This document shows positions 11,392-24,942 of a stretch of DNA of 64,000 nt, piece by piece; position 1 is the stretch's first letter, and every line of letters starts with the position of its first letter. A program made the translations under genes and the position numbers. The notes below the pieces were generated by a model. That model was not told the DNA's origin. It saw only the letters and a program-made list of their open reading frames with translations, and made no database searches. The stretch lies in the NCBI GenBank assembly GCA_951406725.2, contig OX597821.1, positions 32,984,001 through 33,048,000 of the forward strand. Direction: 5' to 3'. Origin of the DNA: Octopus vulgaris (lineage: Eukaryota).

Positions 11392-11699
11392 CGCCTGTAC
11401 CTATGTCTGTATGTGTGTTATATACACAATATGTTCTGTGTATGTTTAAGTATATAACTACATATGTATACATAAGCACAGAAATACAGACACAAGGTCT
11501 CTCTCTCTCTCTCTCTCCTTCTCTCTCACTCTCTCTCTCTCCCCGTCTCTCTCTTTCTCTCTCTTACTCAGTCACTCACCCACCGACACGTACACTCGCA
11601 AACACACACACATACATACATTCAAGCACACGCATGTACGATTACCTATACTGCAAATCTTTGTATCTATACATATAAATAGATATACATACATGTTTA

Positions 11700-11766
<67 letters not shown>

Positions 11767-11805
11767 ATAAATGTATACATACATATATACATATATATAT
11801 GTATG

Positions 11806-11842
<37 letters not shown>

Positions 11843-12676
11843 ATACATACATATATACATAGCAAACACTTGCACACACATTCACACGCTTACCCACAAA
11901 GGCGTATATATGTGCATACACTCCCACATCGACACACATTTGCAAGCGCACTCATGTAAACAAATACACATGCATATACTTGTATGCGCTTTTGTATGTG
12001 AGTATGTATGATCGTGCGCGTGTGTGTTTGTGTATGTTTGTGTGTGTTTGTGAGTGTGTGCGTGTGTGCGCGTGTGTGTGTGTGTTTGGTATATGTAATT
12101 TGTATGCTTGAGTGATGTTATATGATTTGGTGGATGCGTGACTACGTATTCATTATGTGTGCGTTTTATATTTATACATACCGAAATATCGAATAACACG
12201 AAAAGGCATTGAAGAATATATTCACGATCACAAACTGCTTCTTTCCTTCCTCCTTCTTCATCATCAACATCATCATTATTATTATCACCGACATCATGAT
12301 CATCATGATCATCATCATCATCATCATCATCAACAACAACAGCAACTGTAACAGCATTCATAGGAGCGAGTCGTAGAACTGTCATCATTGTCGCATGAGT
12401 GCTAAAGTTATTCAATTAAGTCATGCACCGGCAAACAATTGAGATATCTAATTAATAGCTTATCACTGTTTGCATCTGCCTGTTAGGATCGCAAGCGGAC
12501 ATTACTGAACTTTAGTTAGGAGGAGGAGAGAGAAAATTATAGTTATTTACTCAGTAGGTGAGTTTCTCTTATCGACTTCCTTTTCAACTGTTTCACAACT
12601 ATCTACCTATACTTTTCCGCCATCTTCTTCCTGTTCATTTTAATGCGTTTGGTTATGATATTTTTAAATTCTTCTT

Positions 12677-12717
<41 letters not shown>

Positions 12718-12721
12718 GATT

Positions 12722-13358
12722 ATCGAGCAGAATCATTGGCATGTCTGACAAAATGTTTAGCGGTATTTCTTCTAGATCTTTACGTTCTGGGTTCAAATTC
12801 CGTCAAGTTGACATTTTATCCTGTCGCAGCCAATAAATTAACTACCAGTTGAGCACTGGGGTCGATGTATTCAACTAACCCCTTCCCGCAGATTTCAGGC
12901 TTTGTGCCAATATTAGGAACAACTAACATTGGTGAGCTGTTAATACGCCGGGAAAATGTTTGGTGATATTTCTTCCGGTTTTACAATCTGAGTTCAAATC
13001 CCACCAAAGTCGGCTTTGCCTTTTAGGATCGATAAAATAAGTACCAGTCAAGTACTGGAGTCTAGGTAATTTCAGGCCTATAATATAAATAGGGGAGAGG
13101 AAAGAAAAGAAAGTTGCGAACTATTATTATTTATTGTTTGAGAAGTCAGAATGGCAGAATCGTTAGCATGCCTAGCGAAATGCTTAACGGCATTTCGTTC
13201 TTCCTTATGTTCTGAGTTCAAATTCCACCGAGGTCGACTTAGCCTTTCATCTTTTCGGGGTCGATAAATTAAGTACCAGTCAAACACTGGGGTCGATGTA
13301 ATCGACTAGTCCGCTCCCACAAAATTTCAGACCTTGTGCCTATAGTAGGAAGGATTAT
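12722..13358 (+). mobile_element. Three successive SINE family C copies (about 12722-12920, 12930-13075, 13148-13358)
   Basis: Each has gcagaatcgttagca-like head, ctgagttcaaattcc B-box and cgataaattaagtaccagt core. Confidence 0.8.
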
Positions 13359-13518
13359 TTCTGGTTTGAGAAATACCCGAAGTGTTTCCTTTCTTGAAAC
13401 AAGAATAAAGTACATCTTAGAGAACATACGGAGCTAGCATGTGCAAGGCAAACAAGCCTGCATCGGGTTAACGCATATTAATGAAGCTAACTAAAAGGCC
13501 CGAGCTTGACAATGCTAT

Positions 13519-13928
13519 TACTCTTTACTCTTTTACTCTTTTACTTGTTTCAGTCATTTGACTGCGGCCATGCTGGAGCACCGCCTTTAGTCGAGCAAAT
13601 CGACCCCGGGACTTATTCTTTGTAAGCCCAGTACTTATTCTATCGGTCTCTTTTGCCGAACCGCTAAGTGACGGGGACGTAAACACACCAGCACCGGTTG
13701 TCAAGCAATGCTAGAGGGACAAACACAGACAAACAAACATACATATATATATACATACATATATACGACAGGCTTCTTTCAGTTTCCGTCTACCAAATCC
13801 ACTCACAAGGCTTTGGTCGGCCCGAGGCTATAGCAGAAGACACTTGCCCAAGATACCACGCAGTGGGACTGAACCCGGAACCATGAGGTTGGTTAGCAAG
13901 CTACTTACCACACAGCCACTCCTGCGCC
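13519..13928 (-). mobile_element. SINE family A, full length
   Basis: Reverse complement of 3329-3720 with an expanded (gtaaaaga)n tail. Confidence 0.92.
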
Positions 13929-14279
13929 TATGAACATTTTGTAACAACGTTTACAAATCCCAGTATTGCTATTTTCTGGAATACGCCTATTCCCATCCCT
14001 TATTCGTAATACGTCAATATCCTTGAACTACATTCTTGTGAATCACTCCAGCTGAGCCTTCTTGCAAATTTCTTTTCTTTCCTTTCTCTCAATTTTCATT
14101 TGTTAAAGACAACTCTCAAAATCTTGAACTTACTTGTACTCCATTAGTTCCTTACAGAGAAAAATTAAAATCATGAAGTGTGCTCTTTGCGGGGTTTTTT
14201 TTCTGAGACCTTTTTCGCAGGATTATCACCGCTGACACAGACTGTTTCTTGTTCTCCGGGTTACATTCAATTCGGATTT

Positions 14280-14750
14280 TACTAGATTTGTTATTAAGAG
14301 ATTTGAATGTGGCTGGCAAACAAATTATAGATCTGTGGTTTTAGGGTCTCTGGTGCGTCTGTTTTTGGAAGAAATGATAATAGTTTCTGATTTAGATATA
14401 AGATAAAATATGTTTGTGCTGTTACCATATTCTGATGTTCTCTTTCATTTTGAACAATTGTTTGCTTTTGTTGTGCAGAATGCGGGTTTTGTACTTCATA
14501 TTACCTCCCAGTATGCTTGGAATTCCGTTGTTCTCGTTATTAAAATCACCAATGTTAAGTTATTTATGTTTGTGTGTCTTCTTTCATTTGATTCAAATAT
14601 CTTATCCTCCTGGAATAGCGCTCACGTTCTCCAAGTGTCTTATCATACATAGCTTTGTTGAAATCATTTGCTTAAGCCATTTTTTTTCTTCATAATGTAT
14701 TCTATTTTGGTGATATAGTTTTGAATTATTAGAGTTTTCGTCATGTTAGA
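14280..14750 (-). pseudogene. Possible highly decayed LINE APE endonuclease (RTE-like)
   Basis: Reverse strand contains IIQNY (compare IIQVYAP) and IGDFN in the expected order; many stops and frameshifts. Confidence 0.3.
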
Positions 14751-14994
14751 CTCCTTATTTTCAATTCCGCTAATTAATAATAGGTCTTTTGTTGTTGTTA
14801 TTGTTTTTGTTCTTCTTCTTGTTGTTTTCCAATTTGAGGCCTTCCATCGATCCTACTGATACTACTATTAAATCGTTAATGGCGAGTATCTTCACTCTTC
14901 GTAGAATGAATACGAGATTTAAATTCAAAACCTGTTAATATCTATTTCCTTTACATTATTTCACAAATGCAAGAAACTGAAGCATTTTTTAATA

Positions 14995-15511
14995 TCTATA
15001 TATATAAAACTGTAGTTGTGTGAGTGTCTGTCTCCTACGATTTAGATTCCTAACTCCTCCCACATTTTGCGGTGCAGTTTAACCAAATTCGGGTATCTTA
15101 TAGTCGTGATTAATATCGAGCCCGTCTGGCTATTAGCGCGCGTCTACGATGAGTCTACGATTTTAAAAATAATTTAACATCATTTTTTATTCCATTTTAA
15201 TGCATAATTTTTCGTGTGTCGATGGCGGCGGAGTTGGCGTCCACGCTCAAACACCTGCACCTGTGTTTGCTTCTCCCCCTTCTTCCCTCCCTCGTGAAGC
15301 TGTGGAGAAGGGAGTTTAAGGAAATCAACGTCGTAATGCGTTGTCAAGGAGACCAGCGTTCTTTTAGAACAACGACTTCATGGCTTGAAGACACCAAAAC
15401 AGAAATGGCTAAGAAAGCCCGAATTGGCATCTATAAAGGAAGTAACTCTCTAAAAATGCTTATATAGTTATTTCCCTTACAAACCCGAGCAACGCCGGGC
15501 GATACTGCTAG
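14995..15511 (+). mobile_element. Non-autonomous Helitron
   Basis: 5' TCtatatatataaaa, subterminal hairpin cccgagcaacgccggg, 3' CTAG, inserted between A and T with no TSD. Confidence 0.88.
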
Positions 15512-15671
15512 TTTATACATAAAAATTGAAGCAACTGAATTTATTTCTTGTACAACTCCTTAAAATAAATACAACCTGATCCCTACTACCCTTCATCCAG
15601 CCTTCTTAATAACCTTGAAATTGCTTATAAACAGTGACATGCTGTCTTCATCTCTGTAAAAGTATTGTTTT

Positions 15672-15871
15672 CAAATTTTGGCATAAAGCCAGCGGCTTCG
15701 GAGAATGGATAAGTCGATTACATCAACCCTAGTGCTCAACTGTTACGTATTTTATCGACCACGTGAGGATGAAAGGTAAAGTCGACCGCGGCGGAATTTG
15801 AATTCAGAACGTAACGACGGACGAAATACTACTAGGCATTTTGTCCAGCGTGCTAACGATTCTGCCAGCTC
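15672..15871 (-). mobile_element. SINE family C
   Basis: ggatgaaaggtaaagtcgac...ggaatttgaattcagaacg...gctaacgattctgccagctc. Confidence 0.8.
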
Positions 15872-17195
15872 TGTAAAAATATTAAGTGCTTTCCCCGGTT
15901 AGAGAACCATAGTCCTTAATTCATCACTGAAAAAGTAAAAAAAGGAGAAAGGTCAGAATGCGAGACTAAAAGCTTGTAACATTTAGTTCAAATCCTATTA
16001 ACAATTACTTTACTTCGCTTATTTTTGGTCTTGTTTCTATAAAATGTTTAAAGCACCTGTAATGCACCAACTGAATTGACCGAACCTACATCCCTATAAA
16101 TGTGTTAACGTGTACCATTGCAAGAAATTTTTATTTGATAATTGTCTGACAGCGGAGAGCAAACATAAATTCTCAGTAAACTGATAAGAAAATTCGCAAA
16201 ATAAAAGACATATGCTGAGAGTAAAGGAGGGGAGAATTTCTGGCATTTTCGAAGAAGAAACTAGCAGACACATGCTGGGAGCTCTACCTGCAATCTAGCT
16301 TTGCTTTCCGATCGAAGCTATTTTCTTTCACTAGCTTCATTAAGATTCTTAGATAACTTACGAACATTTACAAATTTCCATTTCCTTTTACCGTTAAATT
16401 AGCGATATGTAAATTTGCAGAAGTCCCATTTGAGGAAGTTGGTGTTTCTATATATAGAAATAGCGAAATCCTGATTTCTATATGAAAGAAATATCTATTA
16501 AATGTTTTCTTTTATGATTTTAAATAGATGCAATACAGACTTTTGCGTCGAACGTGATATGTTGTGTCGCTGGGTCTGATCCAATGTGCTTAGCTGATTA
16601 TTTCCCGAATCACAAATATCTATATGGCCGGTACCAATCTCCGGTTTTTGAAGTAAAATGAGATATATCTATAAATATGTATATCATATAGCAATGAGAT
16701 ACATCTCCAAATATAGAACTAACGAAGGAGTCTTTTCGTAGTCACTTTACCTATTCCAAATAGAAGACGAATTCAATATACTTTACCATCTGTTCAAAAC
16801 TGGATAATGTAGCCTTGGAAATGTTGTTTGAAAAAGAACGGGATGATCATGGTTTGGGCGCTTTCGCCATAGGCCTGGCCGAAGTAATCGTTATAACATC
16901 TGTAAATATAAATTCCTATTTTCTATGTAAGGAATGCTGATCTATTGTAATTAACAGTTCCTTTTTTTTTTTTTTTTTTTTTTGACGCATAATCTGAAGT
17001 AATCACCTCCATCTAAAGTTAGATTTGTCGTTTTGCTGTTGATTCTTACATCGGTAAATTGTACCACGCACCATAACTAGCTACTACTTACGATCCAACT
17101 ATGAAACATCTGCGGAACTGCTTTAGCTACAAGAAGGAGCAACTAAGTCACCTTCTTAGGAAGCTTTGGACAATGTATGTAGTATAAGTATAGAT

Positions 17196-17463
17196 AAAGA
17201 CTCCTTTCGGGCATGAATGGCCATGGGATTGCACCAAGAAAGTTACTCTCTGAGCCACAGGTCCGAGCAAGGTTGTTTATAGAAGACCAGCAATCGCCCC
17301 TGCATACCAGTCTTCCCTCTCCACGCCACCGATGTTATCCAAGGGAAAGGCAAGGGCCAATACAACTTGGCACCAGTGACGTCGCAACTCATTTCTACAG
17401 GTGGGTAAATTGGAGCACCGTGAAATAAAGTGTCTTGCTCAAGAAAACACAGCCCGGTCCGGG
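17196..17463 (-). mobile_element. CORE-type SINE (family D), 5' truncated
   Basis: Reverse strand tcttgagcaagacactttatttcac...ctgtagaaatg (CORE-like) and a hairpin tail ending gcccgaaaggagtcttt. Confidence 0.65.
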
Positions 17464-17905
17464 CAAACATAAGAACACAGGAAATGTGTCAAAGCCGACA
17501 GGAAGCGTTGCTGCTTCCTAGGGCTAAATAGCAGTAGTATGATTCACTTCATGGGACTGTCACATTAAGTTTGACAGTATACAACTACTTTATCGTACCA
17601 CTACTGCATAAATCTCTCTGAAATATTTAGAAATGTCTGTGTTATTGAAAGTTCCAAGTTTGGAAAAAAAAAGGCAAGAGGCTTAGTGCCTCATTTTGTT
17701 ATTGAATTGTGAACAATGTAAGAGGTTTGTTGCCTCATGAATAATATAAGAATCAATGTTCTCGGGAAAAAAACGATCGGCGGGGGTCGTTTTTTCCCCC
17801 ATTAATCATCATTTTTATTGTTCATTTCATATAACATTATGTCTGTGTCCAGCTCGCAGGTTCCTATCTCTATGTAAGGCCTTTATGGCCAATATAATGA
17901 AATAA

Positions 17906-18168
17906 AGAAGCTTGCTTCCCAACCACATGGTTCCTGGTTCAGTCCCACTACGTGGGCAAGTGTCTTCTACTATAGCCTCGGGCCGACCAAAACCTTGTGA
18001 GTGGATTTGGTAGACGGAAACTGAAAGAAGCCCGTCTACCAAATCCACTCACAAGGCTTTGGTCGGCCCGAGGCTATAGCAGAAGACACTTGCCCAAGAT
18101 GCCACGCAGTGGGACTGAACCCGGAACCATGTGGTTGGTTAGCAAGCTACTTACCACACAGCCCCTCC
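17906..18168. mobile_element. Two family A SINE heads fused tail-to-tail as a fold-back
   Basis: Plus-strand copy runs to ...gaagcccgtc and continues directly as a minus-strand copy (ccgtc)taccaaatcc... Confidence 0.9.
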
Positions 18169-18351
18169 TATATATACATATATTTATATCATTATATATA
18201 TACAGACAAAGAGAAGTAGAGAGAAAGATAGAAAGAGAGATATCTATATTATATATTTATATATATACATGAATATACTAACATAAATATGTATATACAT
18301 AATCACATGTTTGTTTAAATGTATGGTATATATTCATATATATATATATAA

Positions 18352-18401
<50 letters not shown>

Positions 18402-19169
18402 TTATTTCTTTACTTTATATATATATATATATTCATACACACACACACACGTCTTTGTATTTTTGTGTATTTGTGTACATCTATATGTATGTACGTTGTT
18501 ATGTGTATGTGTGAACGTGTGTAGACAGACTGTCACAGAGTAACAATGCTAATGATGTGGAACTTTCACACGTCTTGCTCATTTGTAACGTAGACTCAGC
18601 TGAACACCAACTAGTAGACTAATACAGTAGTCTAACATTGACAAATTCATTTCAGTGTCTTTTAGATATATTTTGTTGCTGCTGCAGTTGTTGTTATCCT
18701 TATTATCGTCATTATTATTGTCTCTGCCGAGAAATCAACGTTGGTGTTCAGCTGTGTCAGTTTTTACAGAGTGTTGGTTATTTACTTGAAGGAGATTTCG
18801 CTTCGAATACCTTTTGTTGTGTGTTTTGTCTCAAAACTGGCCACCAACAAACTGGAGTGATTCTTTTTCTGATATCAGTCTGTACGAGGAGCTGTGTCGA
18901 TTATAAACATAAAAAAAAAAAACATTGACAAATTGTTCGAAAATAATTTTAAATTGCTAATGGCGATGTGTGACGAAGAAGATAAGATTGTATTTAGTAG
19001 GTAGAAAAAGTGAAGAGGCTTGAATGGAGGAGAAACTTTTCTTCATAAAAATCGCTTGCCCATTCTTGTTCAAAATTTGCGAAAGGAGGAAGTCGGAATA
19101 GTACAATTGCTCCCGCCATCATCAGCTCTGACAGTGGTAACGGCAGCAAAAACAAAATTTATGGTTTCA

Positions 19170-19353
19170 TATTTTGGTACAAGGCTAGCAGTTTTGTAAG
19201 GGAAGCGAGTTACATTTTCCCCAGCACTTGAACCCGAAGAGACGAAATTTAGAGTCGACTTCTGCGGAATTTGAACTCAGAACGTAAAGATGGAGGAAAT
19301 GCTGCAAAGCATTTTCTTCCGGCATGCTAACAATTCATGACAGCTCACCACCT
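19170..19353 (-). mobile_element. SINE family C, degenerate
   Basis: gtcgacttctgcggaatttgaactcagaacgtaaag...gcatgctaac. Confidence 0.75.
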
Positions 19354-19480
19354 TAGCAACGATAATATTGTGTTCACCAACTGTGGCGGCCAAAACAACA
19401 GTTGAATTACGACCGCCACTACTATAAGTACTCTAGACAATAGCCTCAGTTAACAGATAGTGTTAAAACCGAGACTAATT

Positions 19481-19863
19481 ACTCTTTTTACTCTTTTACT
19501 TGTTTCAGTCATTTGACTGCGGCTATGTGGGAGCACCGCCTTTAATCGAGCAACTCGACCCCGGGACTTATTCTTTTTTGTAAGCCCAGTACTTATTCTA
19601 TCGGTTCTCTTTTGCCGAACCGCTAAGTAACGGGGACATAAGCACACCAGCATCGGTTGTCAAGCAATGCTAGGGGGACAAACACAAACACACAAACACA
19701 CACACGCATATATACATATACATATATACGACGGGCTTCTTTCAGTTTCCGTCTACCAAATACACTCACAAGGCTTTGGTCGGCCCGAGGCTATAGCGGA
19801 AGACACTTTCCCAAGGTGCCACGCAGTGGGACTGAACCCGGAACCGTGTGGTTGGTAAGCAGG
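19481..19863 (-). mobile_element. SINE family A, slightly 5' truncated
   Basis: Matches 13519-13928. Confidence 0.9.
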
Positions 19864-20695
19864 CTAAAAACATAGTCGCACCCAAGACCAGCACCATCAA
19901 TGCCACCGCTACACATCCAATAGGCCAGCGACTTGAACAGCAGTAGCAACAACAACAGCACTAATCTAAACAACAGCTACCGCATGAAAACTCTGCTTCG
20001 CTAGCTCCCATACAAGAACTACATGAATAGTTAAAAACATACCTATTGCCAGCTTAGAAGCAAATTCATTTGCTTAACAATCTCAAGTCCCTATATGCAA
20101 TAGTGTATCAGCAAGACCAGTATTTCTGGTACATGTGCGCCCGCGATAATTCTCGACAACTCAAAAGACATACGCATGTTTCTCGTACCAGGATTGCATG
20201 GATCGGTAGTGACGTTTCGTAAATATCTCAATACAAAGATATGAACGACCGTCCTGGACACGGATGATAAATCAGTGATCCTTGATGTAAGCAGTTGTGA
20301 AGAGAAGACCCTCAGTTTAGTAACTTGCACAATATTATTAAACAGCAGCAACAAGATGACTCCATTATCTTGGGATGAGAGGTAGGAAAGGTGGTGGTGG
20401 TGGTGGTGGTGGTGGTGGTGGTGTTTGAAGCTGAACAAGACTCCCAAAAAAATGCACAAATCCCAACAAACATAACTATATAAAGGAGAGTCGTATTCAC
20501 CACCACAAGATAATTATAGATTATATAGTCGTGCGAAAAGAAGCACAGAGCTGATGGCCACACATTTTCAGACAATTTCACATAATCGATGGTGAATTAA
20601 AGCAGGAATACAATTTACAAAAACAAAAGCGATACAAAAATACATCAGATTACACTGTATAACAAACTCTTTTTTTTTTGCCTTTAGTCCGTAAG

Positions 20696-21104
20696 TGTTA
20701 TTTCTTATTGCTTCTATCTAGAAATCTAAGGAAATCACTACTATTCCCTTCAAACTTTGCTTTTGTGACTTGGACAACAATGTTTTCAAACTGACATATT
20801 TTCCATTACATTTCGGACAGATTCAGTGCTGAGTTGCTGAAGCAGAAATATCGTTATAGCAAGTATTCTGTTCAATAAGACTAGTTTGTTTGTCAGTTGC
20901 TTGACCTTAACCAATTGAGTATGTCCCTTAGTGGCTGACAAAATGTGCATCTCTGATCATGAGTGGAAGTAGTGTGGGAGTATCGTAGCCACGTGTTGAG
21001 AAGGATTCTTTGGGGTTTGAATAAATATCATAACAAAAGTAAAGTTTGAAAGAAATGTTAGCCACTTTTCATACATTCTAGGGGTAAGCAAATAGGCAAT
21101 AACA
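20696..21104. mobile_element. Old MITE with ~75-bp imperfect TIRs containing a segment homologous to the (AAT)-tailed retroposon
   Basis: tgttatttcttattgctt...ttcaaactttgcttttgt vs acaaaagtaaagtttgaa...aagcaaataggcaataaca; 20851-21024 matches the reverse complement of about 6195-6358. Confidence 0.6.
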
Positions 21105-21210
21105 GGTGTTACTCAATGATAAAAATCGTGTTACGCAGTGTTACTAGTAAAGTGATGACCAACATGCTATGAAAATTAAAAGTGACTTTGGGATTTTTTT
21201 TTCAATCCAC

Positions 21211-21514
21211 ACAGAACCATGTGGTTGGGAAGCAAGCTTCTTACCACATAGCTACGCCTGCGACTATATGTGTTATGTATGTATGTATGTTTGTATGTAT
21301 GTATGTATGCATTATGTATGTATGTATGTGTGTATGTATGTATGCATTATGTATGTATGCATTATATATGTATGTATACGACGGCTTCTTTAAGTTTTCG
21401 ACTCCTAAATCCACTCACAAGGCATTGGTCCTCTCGGCGCTATAGTAGAAGACATTTGCCTAAGATGCCGCACTGTGGGACTGAACCCAAGATGACATGT
21501 TTTGAAAGCAAGCT
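21211..21514 (-). mobile_element. Two degenerate SINE family A fragments separated by (TATG)n
   Basis: gaaccatgtggttgggaagcaagcttcttaccaca; aatccactcacaagg...gggactgaaccc. Confidence 0.75.
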
Positions 21515-22544
21515 TCGAGCACTCACACACTTATTCTTGAGTTTGTTTGGGGTTTTTTCTTCCTTTTTATGTTTTTTTCATTTATGAAATAGATTAATTA
21601 TACCCGCTAATTCTGAATAAATTTCTATTTCGTACATAAGTTATACAGTTAATTAATTTAAATTAGAATATTTATTACAATATAAATTTTGTAGACATCA
21701 TTTAAATAAGATGCTGACTTTTCACCTGAACAACACTTGAAATATTTATGAGCTTATTTATAAGCAAAAATTAAGAACTTATTATTAAAGTAAAAAATAT
21801 ATTTAGACATTTTGTTAAAGTTATGACTAGAGATTCTCACATATTATTTTAAAGTAGCATTGTTTTAAATATTTATCTTTATAAAATAACAAACAGCGAA
21901 GACGGGGAGCTTCTTAGAATGCGAAAAGAGAACGTCACGTAACTATTATATATTCCAGGCACAACTGACGATACACAAAATGGCAAGATCTACGTGAACT
22001 TTTATTCTTTTAAGCCGTTCACTTTTAATGGTGGGCCTTTGTGTCTGAAATAATATAAATGTTACTTAGCTTGCTCTTTTCGTATTGCATGAAGCTCTCC
22101 ATCTTCATTATTTTTTTATTTTACTTTCGTAGCACAATACTTCAAACAAACTGCAGTGCTCTTAATTATTTTTGTGATATCACTTTTTTCTCCCATTTCT
22201 CAAATAAAATCCGTCACTAACGAATACATACATATTGGAACTCAAAGCCGTTATGATTTCATGAAACAGTTCCAATGATTCCTAGAATGATGCGTATATT
22301 AAACATCCCCCATGCACGCACATACACAAACACACACATACGCATAAGTACATACAAAGTGAACAAAAGGGAAGAAATAATGTTTAGGTTCAATATTAAA
22401 TGCAAATTATCTTTAACTTTGAAATAAATAATGATAATAAAATTACTATTGGAAGAAAGAAGTAGAATGAAAAATGGCACAAAAATAGATTAAATTTTCT
22501 AAACAGTAATCAAATAAAATCAGGAAAAATTAACTCCTTTTGGG

Positions 22545-22960
22545 AAATCTGCTGACCAACTAACCTTTCCAGCTACCTACATCCTTTAGTGACTTTTAAA
22601 GCACACAATAAATACATTTTTATACTAAAAACAGTATGACCTAAAGCTGACACATCTAAATATACACACGTAACTTTTGACTGAACTTGGAACAACAGTC
22701 TCCACGTTCCCAAAACGAAAAGGTTGAATCTCCTAAATAACACCAGCAACAAGTAAAGAAATATGCTGACCAACTAACCTTCTCACCAACTTACATTCCT
22801 TTTAAGAACCCTTAAAAACTCTATGAGCTAAAGCTGACAAAGCTAAAGGTACACACTTAATTACAAAGTTTTACATGCTAAACTGAACCGTGAACAATAG
22901 CATCTACCTTTCCAGAACAAACAGGATAACACTCCTAAATAACACCACACAACGCTAAAT
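22545..22960 (+). repeat. Diverged ~215-bp tandem duplication
   Basis: tgctgaccaactaacctt, ctaaagctgaca, ctgaac and ctcctaaataacacca each occur twice in the same order. Confidence 0.75.
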
Positions 22961-23171
22961 TTAATCAATAAAAATATTCTGTAATATTTTCCCTACAATT
23001 TACCCTACAACCTAATTACCATTCGACAGAGTTCCACCTAAACAGGACAAACTAAGCTGATCAGAGATTATATAAATCTAAAATGAATTCAAATATGCCA
23101 CAATTCCATGAAGGCTAAACAAGCCAAAACTTTGAAGTCACTGTTAACACTTTTCTTGTTAATGAATATTA

Positions 23172-23841
23172 TTCTTTTCTACTCTAGACACAAGGCCCGA
23201 AAATACATATTTCTTTACTACCCACAAGGGGCTAAACACAGAGGGGACAAACAAGGACAGACACACGGATTAAGTCGATTATATCGACCCCAGTGCGTAA
23301 CTGGTACTTATTTAATCGACCCCGAAAGGATGAAAGGCAAAGTCGACCTCGGCAGAATTTGAACTCAGAACGTAACGGTAGACGAAATGCGGCTACGCAT
23401 TTCGCCCGGCATGCTAACGTTTCTGCCAGCTCGCCGCCTTAATGCGTTTCTACTCTATGTACAAGGCCCGAAATTTGGGGGGAGGGGTCAATTGATTAGA
23501 TCGACCCCAGTACGCAACTGGTACTAAATTTATCGACCCCGAAAAGATGAAAGGCAAAGTCGGCCTTGGCGGCATTTGAACTCAGAACGTAAAGACAGAC
23601 GAAATGCCTATTTCTTTACTACCCACAAGGGGCTACACACAGAGGGAACAAACAAGGACATACAAACTGATTAGGTCGATTATATCGACCCCAGTGCGTA
23701 AATGGTACTTATTTAATCGATCCCGAAAGGATGAAGAGCAAAGATGACCTCGGCGGAATTTGAACTCAGAACGTAGCGGCAGACGAAATACTGCTAAGCA
23801 TTTCGCCCGGCGTGCTAACGATTCTGCCAGCTCGCCGCCTT
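23172..23841 (-). mobile_element. Tandem SINE family C copies, including a dimeric form (23448-23841)
   Basis: Head ggcggcgagctggcagaa; the core module appears three times with two alternative tails. Confidence 0.88.
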
Positions 23842-24090
23842 ACTCTACGAAAAATAACGAATAATCCTTTAGTTTCATGTAAAATTGTTTTTATCATAAC
23901 TAAACATAAAGTATATGTATTCATTCATACAGACAGACATATGAGTAGTTAAGCACTTCTATTTTCTCTCACAACACGACAACCAGTATTCATTTAACTG
24001 TGTCCCCGCGACTGTTGTCACTTCACCTGTTTACTCAGAAATGTTGTTATTATATACGTGTGGTAAAAAGCAAACATAAAACATATCTTT

Positions 24091-24141
<51 letters not shown>

Positions 24142-24286
24142 CGATATAATATAGTATATTTATACATATATATATATATACGTATACATCTATATAATAT
24201 ATAATGATGTATATACACATCCATATATATAAAATATATACACACATACATAATATAAATAATATATACATAAATACACATATATG

Positions 24287-24320
<34 letters not shown>

Positions 24321-24423
24321 CGTATACATCTATATAATATATAAATGATGTATATACACATCCATATATATAAAATATATACACACATACATAATATATA
24401 TAATATATACATACATATATATG

Positions 24424-24481
<58 letters not shown>

Positions 24482-24942
24482 TATATGCACACGCTACAAG
24501 TAAATACATACTTATAAGTTATTGTATTTGATAAAAATGACTGAATTTAATTAAACATCGTACAAGCTAATAAAACATTATATAATTTAATAAGCTGAGT
24601 AGTTGATATATTCATATCAAATTTCATTTGGCATATTTCGATGAAATATAATACACGTATAGATTTGAAGTCCATACCTATTCTCACTTATACACACTCG
24701 CTCGCACACGCATACCCACGCGCACGCGCACACATATACATTCGTCATCCATAGTCGTGATTATTTATGAAATGTACGCAACAGTATTGGTATTGTGATA
24801 TATAATTTATTAGGGAATATTTTCCAAAAATTAATTTGAAATTGTGTCCTAAAAAAGCACAGAAAGGTAAACATATATACATTCCCGCACATATTTATAT
24901 GTGTGCCCGTGTGTGTGTATGTATGTACGTATATGTCATATC

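Noticed and set aside
12426-12470. miRNA-like hairpin containing tagcttatca
   Set aside because: The stem is short and poorly paired; the similarity to vertebrate miR-21 is probably chance.
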